This document shows, in pieces, positions 63,999-64,000 of a DNA stretch of 64,000 nucleotides. A program made the position numbers and the translations under genes. The stretch covers positions 22,632,001 through 22,696,000 of the forward strand of contig NC_045697.1 in NCBI RefSeq assembly GCF_009834535.1. Direction: 5' to 3'. Positions within the stretch are counted from its first letter, which is position 1; the number at the start of each line of letters is the position of its first letter. The DNA is from Camelus ferus. Taxonomy: Eukaryota. The notes under the pieces were generated by a model, which was given only the letters and a program-made list of their open reading frames with translations, was not told the DNA's origin and did no database searches.

Positions 63999-64000
63999 TG

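Noticed and set aside
1..64000. Using L1/LTR orientation bias to infer the strand of a host gene
   Set aside because: L1s and LTRs occur on both strands in similar numbers, so there is no usable bias.

Overview
This window is AT-rich, CpG-depleted eutherian (placental mammal) non-coding DNA, either deep intronic or intergenic. I found no credible protein-coding gene, intact RNA gene, CpG island or prokaryote-style system. The listed ORFs are chance ORFs or read through repeats. Much of the window is interspersed repeat: LINE-1 fragments (two degraded ORF2 blocks, several cetartiodactyl-type 3' ends, old L1M/HAL1 pieces), L2, L3/CR1, MIR, about ten MaLR (MLT1) solo LTRs, LTR16, an ERV1-like LTR, a class II-like solo LTR with a perfect 6-bp TSD, and hAT MITEs (MER58A, MER5, MER20, MER63A, MER53, Charlie1-like). 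The young L1 3'UTR style and the lack of recognisable Bov/PRE/CHR/Alu/B1/Can SINEs suggest a camelid (inference). The most notable items are: a 5'-half tRNA-Thr(UGU) 'tailless' retrocopy with a 14-bp TSD (55038-55104); a 25-bp micro-inversion inside an L1 3'UTR (30207-30231); a 605-bp solo LTR (51800-52404); and an L1 whose probable 5'UTR joins mid-ORF2 directly (~2797). I found no evidence for a previously undescribed biological system. Family names come from my recollection of consensus sequences, not a search. Boundaries are approximate unless a TSD is quoted.
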